The translations under genes were made by a program, and so were the position numbers. From positions 8,524,201 to 8,588,200 of the forward strand of contig NC_092679.1 in assembly GCF_964355755.1 (NCBI RefSeq): DNA of 64,000 nt, written 5' to 3'. This document shows positions 13,176 through 26,900 of this stretch, one piece after another (position 1 is the stretch's first letter; every line of letters begins with the position of its first letter). Under the pieces are notes generated by a model that did not search any database, was not told the DNA's origin, and saw nothing but the letters and a program-made list of their open reading frames with translations. The DNA is from Antedon mediterranea (taxonomy: Eukaryota > Animalia > Echinodermata).

Positions 13176-16100
13176 TCAGCGAAAGAGAGAGAGATAGATC
13201 AGCGAGAGAGAGAGATAGATCAGCGAGAGAGAAATAGATCAGCGAGAGGGAGAGATAGTTAAGCGAGAGAGAGATAGATCAGCGAGAGAGAGAGATAGAT
13301 CAGCGAGAGAGAGATAGATCAGCGAGAGAGAGATAGATCAGCGAGAGAGAGAGATAGATCAGCGAGAGAGAGAAAGATCAGCGAGTGAGAGATAGGTCAG
13401 CGACAGAGAGATAGATCAGCGAGAGAGAGATAGATCAGCGAGAGAGATATAGATCAGCGAGAGAGAGATAGATCAGCGAGAGAGAGATAGATCAGCGAGA
13501 GAGAGAAAGATCAGCGAGAGAGAGATAGATCAATGAGAGAGAGATAGATCAGCGAGAGAGAGATAGATTAGCGAGAGAGAGATAGATCAGTGAGAGAGAG
13601 AGAGAGATAGATCAGAGAGAGAGAGAGAGATAGATCAGCGAGAGAGAGAGATAGATCAGCGAGAGAGAGAGATAGATTAGCAGGAGAGAGATAGATCAGC
13701 GAGAGAGAGATAGATCAGCGAGAGAGAGAGAGAGATCAGCGAGAGAGAGATAGATCATCGAGAGAGAGATAGATCAGCGAGAGGGAGATAGATCAGCGAG
13801 AGAGAGATAGATAGATCAGCGAGAGAGAGATAGATCAGCGAGAGAGATATAGATCAGCGAGAGAGATAGATCAGCGAGAGATAGATAGATCAGCGAGAGA
13901 GAGAGAGAGATAGATCAGCAAGAGAGAGATAGATCTGCGAGAGAGAGAGATAGATCAGCGAGAGCGAGATAGATTAGCGAGAGAGAGATAGATCAGCGAG
14001 AGAGATAGATCAGCGAGAGAGAGATAGATCAGCGAGAAAGAGATAGATCAGCGAGAGATAGATCAGCGAGAAAGAGATAGATCAGCGAGAGAGATAGATA
14101 GATCAGCGAGAAAGAGATAGATCAGCGAGAGAGAGAGAGAGATAGATCAGCGAGAGAGAGAGAGATAGATCAGCGAGAGAGAGATAGATCAGCGAGAGAG
14201 AGATAGATCAGCGAGAGGGAGAGATAGATCAGCGAGAGAGATATAGATCAGCGAGAGAGAGATAGATCAGCGAGAGAGAGATAGATCAGCGAGAGAGAGA
14301 TAGATCAGCGAGAGAGAGAGAGATAGGTCAGCGAGAGAGAGAGATAGATCAGCGAGAGAGAGAAAGATCAGCGAGAGAGAGATAGATCAGCGACAGAGAG
14401 ATAGATCAGCGAGAGAGAGAGATAGATCAGCGAGAGAGATAGAGAGAGAGGTCAGCGAGAGAAAGAGAGATAGATCAGCGAGAGAGAGATAGATCAGCGA
14501 GAGAGAGATAGATAGATAAGCGAGAGAGAGATAGATAGATCAGCGAGAGAGAGATAGATCAGCGAAAGAGAGATAGATAGATCAGCGAGAGAGAGATAAA
14601 TCAGCGAGAGAGATAGATTAGCGAGAGAGAGAGAGATAGATAAGCGAGAGAGAGAAAGATCAGCGAGAGAGAGATAGATCAGCGAGAGAGAGATAGATCA
14701 GCGAGAGAGATAGATCAGAGAGAGAGAGAAATAGATCAGCGAGAGAGAGAGAGATAGATCAGCGAGAGAGAGATAGATCAGCGAGAGAGATAGATAAGCG
14801 AGAGAGAGATAGATTAGCGAGAGAGATAGATCAGCGAGAGAGAGATAGATCAGCGAGAGAGAGAGATCAGCGAGAAAGAGAGATAGATCAGCGAGACAGA
14901 GATAGATCAGCGAGAGAGAGATAGATCAGCGAGAGAGAGATAGATCAGCGAGAGAGAGATAGAGAGATCAGCGAGAGAGAGAGAGAGATAGATAAGCGAG
15001 AGAGAGATAGATCAGCGAGAGAGAGAGAGATAGATCAGCGAGAGAGAGTGAGAGAGATAGATCAGCGAGAGAGAGATAGATCAGCGAGAGAGAGATAGAT
15101 AGATCAGCGAGAGAGAGATAGATAGATCAGCGAGAGAGATAGATAGATCAGCGAGAGAGAGATAGATCAGCGAGAGAGAGAGAGAGATAGATCAGCGAGA
15201 GAGAGAGATAGATCAGCGAGAGAGAGATAGATCAGCGAGAGAGAGATAGATCAGCGAGAGGGAGAGATAGATCAGCGAGAGAGAGATAGATCAGCGAAAG
15301 AGATAGACGAGCGAGAGAGAGATAGATCAGCGAGAGAGATAGATCAGCGAGAGAGAGAGATAGATCAGCGAGAGAGAGAGAGATAGATCAGCGAGAGAGA
15401 GAAAGATCAGCGAGAGAGAGATAGGTCAGCGACAGAGAGATAGATCAGCGAGAGAGAGAGATAGATCAGCGAGAGAGATATAGATCAGCGAGAGAGAGAG
15501 AGAGAGATAGATCAGCGAGAGAGAGATAGATCAGCGAGAGAGAGATAGATCAGCGAGAGAGATATAGATCAGCGAGAGAGAGATAGATCAGCGAGAGATA
15601 GATAGATCAGCGAGAGAGAGAGATAGATCAGCGAGAGCGAGATAGATTAGCGAGAGAGAGATAGATCAGCGAGAGAGAGATAGATCAGCGAGAGAGAGAG
15701 AGATAGATCAGCGAGAAAGAGATAGATCACCGAGAGAGATAGATAGATCAGCCAGAGAGAGATAGATCAGCGAGAGAGAGAGAGAGAGATAGATCAGCGA
15801 GAGAGAGAGAGAGATAGATCAGCGAGAGAGAGATAGATCAGCGAGAGAGAGATAGATCAGCGAGAGAGAGATAGATCAGCGAGAGAGAGAGAGAGATAGA
15901 TGAGCGAGAGAGAGTGAGAGAGATAGATCAGCAAGAGAGAGATAGATCAGCGAGAGAGAGATAGATAGATCAGCGAGAGAGAGATAGATAGATCAGCGAG
16001 AGAGAGATAGATAGATCAGCGAGAGAGAGATAGATAAGCGAGAGAGAGATAGATAGATCAGCGAGAGAGAGATAGGTCAGCGAGAGAGAGATAGATCAGT

Positions 16101-18730
16101 GAGAGAGATAGATAGATCAGCGAGAGAGAGATAGATCAGCGAGAGAGAGAGAGAGATAGATCAGCGAGAGAGAGAGAGATAGATCAGCGAGAGAGAGATA
16201 GATCAGCGAGAGAGAGATAGATCAGCGAGAGGGAGAGATAGATCAGCGAGAGAGAGATAGATCAGCGAGAGAGATAGACCAGCGAGAGAGAGATAGATCA
16301 GCGAGAGAGATAGATCAGCGAGAGAGAGAGATAGATCTGCGAGAGAGAGAGAGATAGATCAGCGAGAGAGAGAAAGATCAGCGAGAGAGAGATAGGTCAG
16401 CGACAGAGAGATAGATCAGCGAGAGAGAAATAGATCAGCGAGAGAGATATAGATCAGCGAGAGAGAGATAGATCAGCGAGAGAGAGATAGATTAGCGAGA
16501 GAGAGATAGATTAGCAAGAGAGAGATAGATCAGCGAGAGAGAGATAGATCAGCGAGAGAGAGAGATCAGCGAGAGAGAGATAGATCAGCGAGAGAGAGAT
16601 AGATCTGCGAGAGAGAGATAGATCAGCGAGAGAGAGATAGATAGATCAGCGAGAGAAATAGATCAGCGAGAGAGATACAGATCAGCGAGAGAGAGATAGA
16701 TCAGCGAGAGATAGATAGATCAGCGAGAGAGAGAGATAGATCGGCAAGAGAGAGATAGATCAGCGAGAGAGAGAGATAGATCAGCGAGAGCGAGATAGAT
16801 TAGCGAGAGAGAGATAGATCAGCGAGAGAGAGATAGATCAGCGAGAGAGAGAAAGATAGATCAGCGAGAAAGAGATAGATCAGCGAGAGAGATAGATAGA
16901 TCAGCGAGAGAGAGATAGATCAGCGAGAGAGAGAGAGAGAGATAGATAAGCGAGAGAGAGAGAGAGAGAGAGAGATAGATCAGCGAAAGAGAGAGAGATA
17001 GATCAGCGAGAGAGAGAGAGATAGATCAGCGAGAGAGAAATAGATCAGCGAGAGGGAGAGATAGATAAGCGAGAGAGAGATAGATCAGCGAGAGAGAGAT
17101 AGATCAGCGAGAGAGATAGATCAGCGAGAGAGAGAGATAGATCAGCGAGAGAGAGAAAGATCAGCGAGTGAGAGATAGGTCAGCGACAGAGAGATAGATC
17201 AGCGAGAGAGAGATAGATCAGCGAGAGAGCTATAGATCAGCGAGAGAGAGATAGATCAGCGAGAGAGAGATAGATCAGCGAGAGAGAGAAAGATCAGCGA
17301 GAGAGAGATAGATCAATGAGAGAGAGATAGATCAGCGAGAGAGAGATAGATTAGCGAGAGAGAGATAGATCAGTGAGAGAGAGAGAGATAGATCAGTGAG
17401 AGAGAGAGAGAGATAGATCAGCGAGAGAGAGATAGATCAGCGAGAGAGAGAGATAGATTAGTAGGAGAGAGATAGATCAGCGAGAGAGAGATAGATCAGC
17501 GAGAGAGAGAGAGAGATCAGCGAGAGAGAGATAGATCATCGAGAGAGAGATAGATCAGCGAGAGAGAGATAGATCAGCGAGAGAGAGATAGATAGATCAG
17601 CGAGAGAGAGATAGATCAGCGAGAGAGATATAGATCAGCGAGAGAGAGATAGATCAGCGAGAGATAGATAGATCAGCGAGAGAGAGAGAGATAGATCAGC
17701 AAGAGAGAGATAGATCTGCGAGAGAGAGAGATAGATCAGCGAGAGCGAGATAGATTAGCGAGAGAGAGATAGATCAGCGAGAGAGAGATAGATCAGCGAG
17801 AGAGAGATAGATCAGCGAGAAAGAGATAGATCAGCGAGAGATAGATCAGCGAGAAAGAGATAGATCAGCGAGAGAGATAGATAGATCAGCGAGAAAGAGA
17901 TAGATCAGCGAGAGAGAGAGAGAGAGAGATATAGATCAGCGAGAGAGAGAGAGAGATAGATCAGCGAGAGAGAGATAGATCAGCGAGAGAGAGATAGATC
18001 AGCGAGAGGGAGAGATAGATCAGCGAGAGAGATATAGATCAGCGAGAGAGAGATAGATCAGCGAGAGAGAGATAGATCAGCGAGAGAGAGATAGATCAGC
18101 GAGAGAGAGAGATAGATCAGCGAGAGAGAGAGATAGATCAGCGAGAGAGAGAAAGATCAGCGAGAGAGAGATAGATCAGCGACAGAGAGATAGATCAGCG
18201 AGAGAGAGAGATAGATCAGCGAGAGAGAGAGAGAGAGAGGTCAGCGAGAGAAAGAGAGATAGATCAGCGAGAGAGAGATAGATCAGCGAGAGAGAGATAG
18301 ATAGATAAGCGAGAGAGAGATAGATAGATCAGCGAGAGAGAGATAGATAAGCGAAAGAGAGATAGATAGATCAGCGAGAGAGAGATAAATCAGCGAGAGA
18401 GATAGATTAGCGAGAGAGAGAGAGAGAGATAGATAAGCGAGAGAGAGAAAGATCAGCGAGAGAGAGATAGATCAGCGAGAGAGAGATAGATCAGCGAGAG
18501 AGATATATCAGAGAGAGAGAGAAATAGATCAGCGAGAGAGAGAGAGATAGATCAGCGAGAGAGAGATAGATCAGCGAGAGAGAGATAGATAAGCGAGAGA
18601 GAGATAGATTAGCGAGAGAGATAGATCAGCGAGAGAGAGATAGATCAGCGAGAGAGAGAGATCAGCGAGAAAGAGAGATAGATCAGCGAGACAGAGATAG
18701 ATCAGCGAGAGAGAGATAGATCAGCGAGAG
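12030..18730 (+). repeat. ~3.8 kb-period duplication within the array
   Basis: Markers recur at an offset of ~3,780: CGAGTGAGAGATAGGTC (~13382/~17165), ATCAATGAG (~13529/~17312), GATCATCG (~13753/~17534), and a long GA run (13142/16952). Confidence 0.8.
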
Positions 18731-18799
18731 AGAGATAGATCAGCGAGAGAGTGATAGAGAGATTAGTGAGAGAGAGAGAGATAGATCAGCGAGAGAGAG

Positions 18800-21700
18800 A
18801 TAGATCAGCGAGAGATAGATAGATCAGCGAGAGAGAGAGAGATAGATCAGCAAGAGAGAGATAGATCAGCGAGAGAGATAGATTAGCGAGAGAGAGATAG
18901 ATAGATGAGCGAGAGAGAGATAGATCAGCGAGATAGAGATAGATCAGCGAGAGAGAGATAGATCAGCGAGAGAGAGATAGATAGATCAGCGAGAGAAAGA
19001 TAGATAGATCAGCGAGAGAGAGATAGATAGATCAGCGAGAGAGAGATAGATAGATCAGCGAGAGAGAGATAGATCAGCGAGAGAGAGAGATAGATCAGCG
19101 AGAAAGAGATAGATCAGCGAGAGAGATAGATAGATCAGCGAGAGAGAGATAGATCAGCGAGAGAGAGAGAGAGAGAGATAGATCAGCGAGAGAGAGAGAG
19201 AGAGATAGATCAGCGAAAGAGAGAGATAGATCAGCGAGAGAGAGATAGATCAGCGAGAGAGAGATAGATCAGCGAGAGGGAGAGATAGATCTGCGAGAGA
19301 GAGATAGATCAGCGAGAGAGAGATAGATCAGCGAGAGAGAGATAGATCAGCGAGAGAGATAGATCAGCGAGAGAGAGATAGATAGATCAGCGAGAAAGAG
19401 ATAGATCAGCGAGAGAGAGAAAGATCAGCGAGAGAGAGATAGGTCAGCGACAGAGAGATAGATCAGCGAGAGAGAGATAGATCAGCGAGAGAGATATAGA
19501 TCAGCGAGAGAGAGATAGATCAGCGAGAGAGAGATAGATCAGCGAGAGAGAGAAAGATCAGCGAGAGAGAGATAGATCAGCGAGAGAGAGATAGGTCAGC
19601 GAGAGAGAGATAGATTAGCGAGAGAGAGATAGATCAGCGAGAGAGAGAGAGATAGATCAGAGAGAGAGAGATAGATCAGCGAGAGAGAGATAGATCAGCG
19701 AGAGAGTGATAGATTAGCAAGAGAGAGATAGATCAGCGAGAGAGATAGATCAGCGAGAGAGAGAGAGATCAGCGAGAGAGAGATAGATCAGCGAGAGAGA
19801 GATAGATCAGCGAGAGAGAGATAGATCAGCGAGAGAGAGATAGATAGATCAGCGAGAGAGAGATAGATCAGCGAGAGAGATATAGATCAGCGAGAGAGAG
19901 ATAGATCAGCGAGAGATAGATAGATCAGCGAAAGAGAGAGAGAGATAGATCAGCAAGAGAGAGATAGATCAGCGAGAGAGAGAGATAGATCAGCGAGAGC
20001 GAGATAGATTAGCGAGAGAGAGATAGATCAGCGAGAGAGAGATAGATCAGCGAGAGAGAGAGAGAGATAGATCAGCGAGAAAGAGATAGATCAGCGAGAG
20101 AGATAGATACATCAGCGAGAGAGAGATAGATCAGCGAGAGAGAGAGAGATAGATCAGCGAGAGAGAGAGAGAGAGATAGATCAGCGAGAGAGAGATAGAT
20201 CAGCGAGAGAGAGATAGATCAGCGAGAGGGAGAGATAGTTCAGCGAGAGAGATATAGATCAGCGAGAGAGAGATAGATCAGCGAGAGAGAGAGATAGATC
20301 AGCGAGAGAGAGATAGATCAGCGAGAGAGAGAGATAGATCAGCGAGAGAGAGAGAGATAGATCAGCAAGAGAGAGAAAGATCAGCGAGAGAGAGATAGAT
20401 CAGCGACAGAGAGATAGATCAGCGAGAGAGAGATAGATCAGCGAGAGAGAGAGAGGTCAGCGAGAGAGAGATAGATCAGCGAGAGAGAGATAGATCAGCG
20501 AGAGAGAGATAGATAGATCAGCGAGAGAGAGATAGATAGATCAGCGAGAGAGAGATAGATCAGCGAAAGAGAGATAGATAGATCAGCGAGAGAGAGATAG
20601 ATCAGCGAGAGAGATAGATTAGCGAGAGAGAGATAGATAGATGAGCGAGAGAGAGAGATAGATCAGCGAGAGAGAGATAGATCAGCGAGAGAGAGATAGA
20701 TAGATCAGCGAGAGAGAGATAGATAGATCAGCGAGAGAGAGATAGATCAGCGAGAGAGAGATAGATCAGCGAGAGAGAGATAGATCAGCGAGAGAGAGAG
20801 AGAGAGAGATAAATAAGCGAGAGAGAGATAGATCAGCGAGAGAGAGATAGATCAGCGAGAGAGAGATAGATCAGCGAGAGGGAGAGATAGATCAGCGAGA
20901 GAGAGATAGATCAGCGAGAGAGAGATAGATCAGCGAGAGAGATAGATCAGCGAGAGAGAGATAGATCAGCGAGAGAGAGATAGATCAGCGAGAGAGAGAG
21001 ATGGATCAGCGAGAGAGAGAGAGAGATAGATCAGCGAGATAGAGAAAGATCTGCGAGAGAGAGATAGATCAGCGAGAGAGAGATAGATCAGCGAGAGAGA
21101 GATAGATCAGCGAGAGAGAGATAGATCAGCGAGAGAGAGAGAGAGAGAGATAAATAAGCGAGAGAGAGATAGATCAGCGAGAGAGAGATAGATCAGCGAG
21201 AGAGAGATAGATCAGCGAGAGGGAGAGATAGATCAGCGAGAGAGAGATAGATCAGCGAGAGAGAGATAGATCAGCGAGAGAGATAGATCAGCGAGAGAGA
21301 GATAGATCAGCGAGAGAGAGATAGATCAGCGAGAGAGAGAGATGGATCAGCGAGAGAGAGAGAGAGAGATAGATCAGCGAGATAGAGAAAGATCTGCGAG
21401 AGAGAGATAGATCAGCGAGAGAGAGATAGATCAGCGAGAGAGAGATAGATCAGCGAGAGAGAGATAGATCAGCGAGAGAGAGAGAGAGAGATAGATCAGC
21501 GAGATAGAGAAAGATCAGCGAGAGAGAGATAGATCAGCGACAGAGAGATAGATCAGCGAGAGAGATATAGATCAGCGAGAGAGATATTGATCAGCGAAAG
21601 AGAGATAGGTCAACGAGAGATAGATAGATCAGCGAGAGAGAGATAGATCAGCGAGAGAGAGAGATAGATCAGCGAGAAAGAGATAGATCAGCGAAAGAGA

Positions 21701-23910
21701 TAGATAGATCAGCGAGAGAGAGATAGATCAGCGAGAGAGAGAGAGATAGATCAGAGAGAGAGAGAGAGATAGATCAGCGAGAGAGAGATAGATCAGCGAG
21801 AGAGAGATAGATCAGCGAGAGGGAGAGATAGATCAGCGAGAGAGATATAGATCAGCGAGAGAGAGATAGATCAGCGAGAGAGAGATAGATCAGCGAGAGA
21901 GAGATAGATCAGCGAGAGAGAGATAGATCAGCGAGAGAGAGAGATAGATCAGCGAGAGAGAGATATATCAGCGAGAGAGAGAAAGATCAGCGAGAGAGAG
22001 AGAGATAGATCAGCGACAGAGAGATAGATCAGCGAGAGAGAGATAGATCAGCGAGAGAGAGAGAGATCAGCGAGAGAGAGAGATAGATCAGCGAGAGAGA
22101 GAGAGATCAGCGAGAGAGAGAGAGATAGATCAGCGAGAGAGAGAGATAGATCAGCAAGAGAGAGATAGATAGATCAGCGAGAGAGAGATAGATAGATCAG
22201 CAAGAGAGAGATAGATCAGCTAAAGAGAGATAGATAGATCAGCGAGAGAGAGATAGATCAGCGAGAGAGATAGATTAGCGAGAGAGAGATAGATAGATGA
22301 GCGAGAGAGAGATAGATCAGCGAGAGAGAGATAGATCAGCGAGAGAGAGATAGATCAGCGAGAGAGAGATAGATAGATCAGCGAGAGAGAGATAGATAGA
22401 TCAGCGAGAGAGAGATAGATCGATCAGCGAGAGAGAGATAGATAGATCAGCGAGAGAGAGATAGATCAGCGAGAGAGAGAGAGATAGATCAGCGAGAAAG
22501 AGATAGATCAGCGAGAGAGATAGATCAGCGAGAGAGAGAGAGAGAGATAGATCAGCGAGAGAGAGAGAGAGAGAGATAGATCAGCGAAAGAGAGAGAGAG
22601 ATAGATCAGCGAGAGAGAGATAGATCAGCGAGAGAGAGATAGATCAGCGAGAAAGAGAGATAGATCAGCGAGAGAGAGATAGATCAGCGAGAGAGAGAGA
22701 TAGATCAGCGAGAGAGAGATAGATCAGCGAGAGAGATAGATCAGCGAGAGAGAGATAGATAGATCAGCGAGAGAGAGAGATAGATCAGCGAGAGAGAGAA
22801 AGATCAGCGAGAGAGAGATAGGTCAGCGACAGAGAGATAGATCAGCGAGAGAGAGATAGATCAGCGAGAGAGATATAGATCAGCGAGAGAGAGATAGATC
22901 AGCGAGAGAGAGATAGATCAGCGAGAAAGAGAAAGATCAGCGAGAGAGAGATAGATCAGTGAGAGAGAGATAGATCAGCGAGAGAGAGATAGATTAGCGA
23001 GAGAGAGATAGATCAGCGAGAGAGAGAGATAGATCAGAGAGAGAGAGATAGATCAGCGAGAGAGAGATAGATCAGCGAGAGAGTGATAGATTAGCAAGAG
23101 AAAGATAGATCAGCGAGAGAGATAGATCAGCGAGAGAGAGAGAGATCAGCGAGAGAGAGATAGATCAGCGAGAGAGAGATAGATCAGCGAGAGAGAGATA
23201 TATTAGCGAGAGAGAGATAGATAGATCAGCGAGAAAGAGATAGATCAGCGAGAGAGATATAGATCAGCGAGAGAGAGATAGATCAGCGAGAGATAGATAG
23301 ATCAGCGAGAGAGAGAGAGATAGATCAGCAAGAGAGAGATAGATCAGCAAGAGAGATAGATTAGCGAGAGAGAGATAGATAGATGAGCGAGAGAGAGATA
23401 GATCAGCGAGAGAGAGATAGATCAGCGAGAGAGAGATAGATCAGCGAGAGAGAGAGAGATAGATCAGCGAGAGAGATATAGATAGATCAGCGAGAGAGAG
23501 ATAGATAGATCAGCGAGAGAGAGATAGATAGATCAGCGAGAGAGAGATAGATCAGCGAGAGAGAGAGATAGATCAGCGAGAAAGAGATAGATCAGCGAGA
23601 GAGATAGATAGATCAGCGAGAGAGAGATAGATCAGCGAGAGAGAGAGAGAGAGATAGATCAGCGAGAGAGAGAGAGAGAGAGATAGATCAGCGAAAGAGA
23701 GAGAGATAGATCAGCGAGAGAGAGATAGATCAGCGAGAGAGAGATAGATCAGCGAGAGGGAGAGATAGATCAGCGAGAGAGAGATAGATCAGCGAAAGAG
23801 AGAGAGATAGATCAGCGAGAGAGAGATAGATCAGCGAGAGAGAGATAGATCAGCAAGAGGGAGAGATAGATCAGCGAGAGAGAGAGATAGATCAGCGAGA
23901 GAGAGATAGA

Positions 23911-23941
<31 letters not shown>

Positions 23942-26900
23942 TCAGCGAGAGAGAGAGAGAGAGATAGATCAGCGAGAGAGAGAGATAGATCAGCAAGAGA
24001 GAGATAGATAGATCAGCGAGAGAGAGATAGATAGATCAGCGAGAGAGAGATAGATCAGCTAAAGAGAGATAGATAGATCAGCGAGAGAGAGATAGATCAG
24101 CGAGAGAGATAGATTAGCGAGAGAGAGATAGATAGATGAGCGAGAGAGAGATAGATCAGCGAGAGAGAGATAGATCAGCGAGAGAGAGATAGATCAGCGA
24201 GAGAGAGATAGATAGATCAGCGAGAGAGAGATAGATAAATCAGCGAGAGAGAGATAGATCGATCAGCGAGAGAGAGATAGATAGATCAGCGAGAGAGAGA
24301 TAGATCAGCGAGAGAGAGAGAGATAGATCAGCGAGAAAGAGATAGATCAGCGAGAGAGATAGATAGATCAGCGAGAGAGAGATAGATCATCGAGAGAGAG
24401 AGAGAGAGATAGATCAGAGAGAGAGAGAGAGAGAGATAGATCAGCGAAAGAGAGAGAGAGATAGATCAGCGAGAGAGAGATAGATCAGCGAGAGAGAGAT
24501 AGATCAGCGAGAGGGAGAGATAGATCAGCGAGAGAGAGATAGATCAGCGAGAGAGAGAGATAGATCAGCGAGAGAGAGATAGATCAGCGAGAGAGATAGA
24601 TCAGCGAGAGAGAGATAGATAGATCAGCGAGAGAGAGAGATAGATCAGCGAGAGAGAGAAAGATCAGCGAGAGAGAGATAGGTCAGCGACAGAGAGATAG
24701 ATCAGCGAGAGTGAGATAGATCAGCGAGAGAGATATAGATCAGCGAGAGAGAGATAGATCAGCGAGAGAGAGATAGATCAGCGAGAAAGAGAAAGATCAG
24801 CGAGAGAGAGATAGATCAGTGAGAGAGAGATAGATCAGCGAGAGAGAGATAGATTAGCGAGAGAGAGATAGATCAGCGAGAGAGAGAGATAGATCAGAGA
24901 GAGAGAGAGATAGATCAGCGAGAGAGAGATAGATCAGCGAGAGAGTGTTAGATTAGCAAGAGAGAGATAGATCAGCGAGAGAGATAGATCAGCGAGAGAG
25001 AGAGAGATCAGCGAGAGAGAGATAGATCAGCGAGAGAGAGATAGATCAGCGAGAGAGAGATATATTAGCGAGAGAGAGATAGATAGATCAGCGAGAAAGA
25101 GATAGATCAGCGAGAGAGATATAGATCAGCGAGAGAGAGATAGATCAGCGAGAGATAGATAGATCAGCGAGAGAGAGAGAGATAGATCAGCAAGAGAGAG
25201 ATAGATCAGCGAGAGAGATAGATTAGCGAGAGAGAGATAGATAGATGAGCGAGAGAGAGATAGATCAGCGAGATAGAGATAGATCAGCGAGAGAGAGATA
25301 GATCAGCGAGAGAGAGATAGATAGATCAGCGAGAGAGAGATAGATAGATCAGCGAGAGAGAGATAGATAGATCAGCGAGAGAGAGATAGATAGATCAGCG
25401 AGAGAGAGATAGATCAGCGAGAGAGAGAGATAGATCAGCGAGAAAGAGATAGATCAGCGAGAGAGATAGATAGATCAGCGAGAGAGAGAGAGAGAGAGAT
25501 AGATCAGCGAGAGAGAGAGAGAGAGAGAGATAGATCAGCGAGAGAGAGAGAGATAGATCAGCGAGAGAGAGATAGATCAGCGAGAGAGAGATAGATCAGC
25601 GAGAGGGAGAGATAGATCAGCGAGAGAGAGATAGATCAGCGAGAGAGAGATAGATCAGCGAGAGAGAGATAGATCAGCGAGAGAGATAGATCAGCGAGAG
25701 AGAGATAGATAGATCAGCGAGAGAGAGATAGATCAGCGAGAGAGAGAAAGATCAGCGAGAGAGAGATAGGTCAGCGACAGAGAGATAGATCAGCGAGAGA
25801 GAGATAGATCAGCGAGAGAGATATAGATCAGCGAGAGAGAGATAGATCAGCGAGAGAGAGATAGATCAGCGAGAGAGAGAAAGATCAGCGAGAGAGAGAT
25901 AGATCAGTGAGAGAGAGATAGGTCAGCGAGAGAGAGATAGATTAGCGAGAGAGAGATAGATCAGCGAGAGAGAGAGAGATAGATCAGAGAGAGAGAGATA
26001 GATCAGCGAGAGAGAGATAGATCAGCGAGAGAGTGATAGATTAGCAAGAGAGAGATAGATCAGCGAGAGAGATAGATCAGCGAGAGAGAGAGAGAGAGAT
26101 CAGCGAGAGAGAGATAGATCAGCGAGAGAGAGATAGATCAGCGAGAGAGAGATAGATCAGCGAGAGAGAGATAGATAGATCAGCGAGAGAGAGATAGATC
26201 AGCGAGAGAGATATAGATCAGCGAGAGAGAGATAGATCAGCGAGAGATAGATAGATCAGCGAGAGAGAGAGAGAGATAGATCAGCAAGAGAGAGATAGAT
26301 CAGCGAAAGAGAGAGATAGATCAGCGAGAGCGAGATAGATTAGCGAGAGAGAGATAGATCAGCGAGAGAGAGATAGATCAGCGAGAGAGAGAGAGATAGA
26401 TCAGCGAGAGAGAGATAGATCAGCGAGAGAGTGATAGATTAGCAAGAGAGAGATAGATCAGCGAGAGAGATAGATCAGCGAGAGAGAGAGATAGATCAGC
26501 GAGAGAGAGAGAGATAGATCAGCGAGAGAGAGATAGATCAGCGAGAGAGAGATAGATCAGCGAGAGGGAGAGATAGTTCAGCGAGAGAGATATAGATCAG
26601 CGAGAGAGAGATAGATCAGCGAGAGAGAGAGATAGATCAGCGAGAGAGAGATAGATCAGCGAGAGAGAGAGACAGATCAGCGAGAGAGAGAGAGATAGAT
26701 CAGCAAGAGAGAGAAAGATCAGCGAGAGAGAGATAGATCAGCGACAGAGAGATAGATCAGCGAGAGAGAGATAGATCAGCGAGAGAGAGAGAGGTCAGCG
26801 AGAGAGAGATAGATCAGCGAGAGAGAGATAGATCAGCGAGAGAGAGATAGATAGATCAGCGAGAGAGAGATAGATAGATCAGCGAGAGAGAGATAGATCA

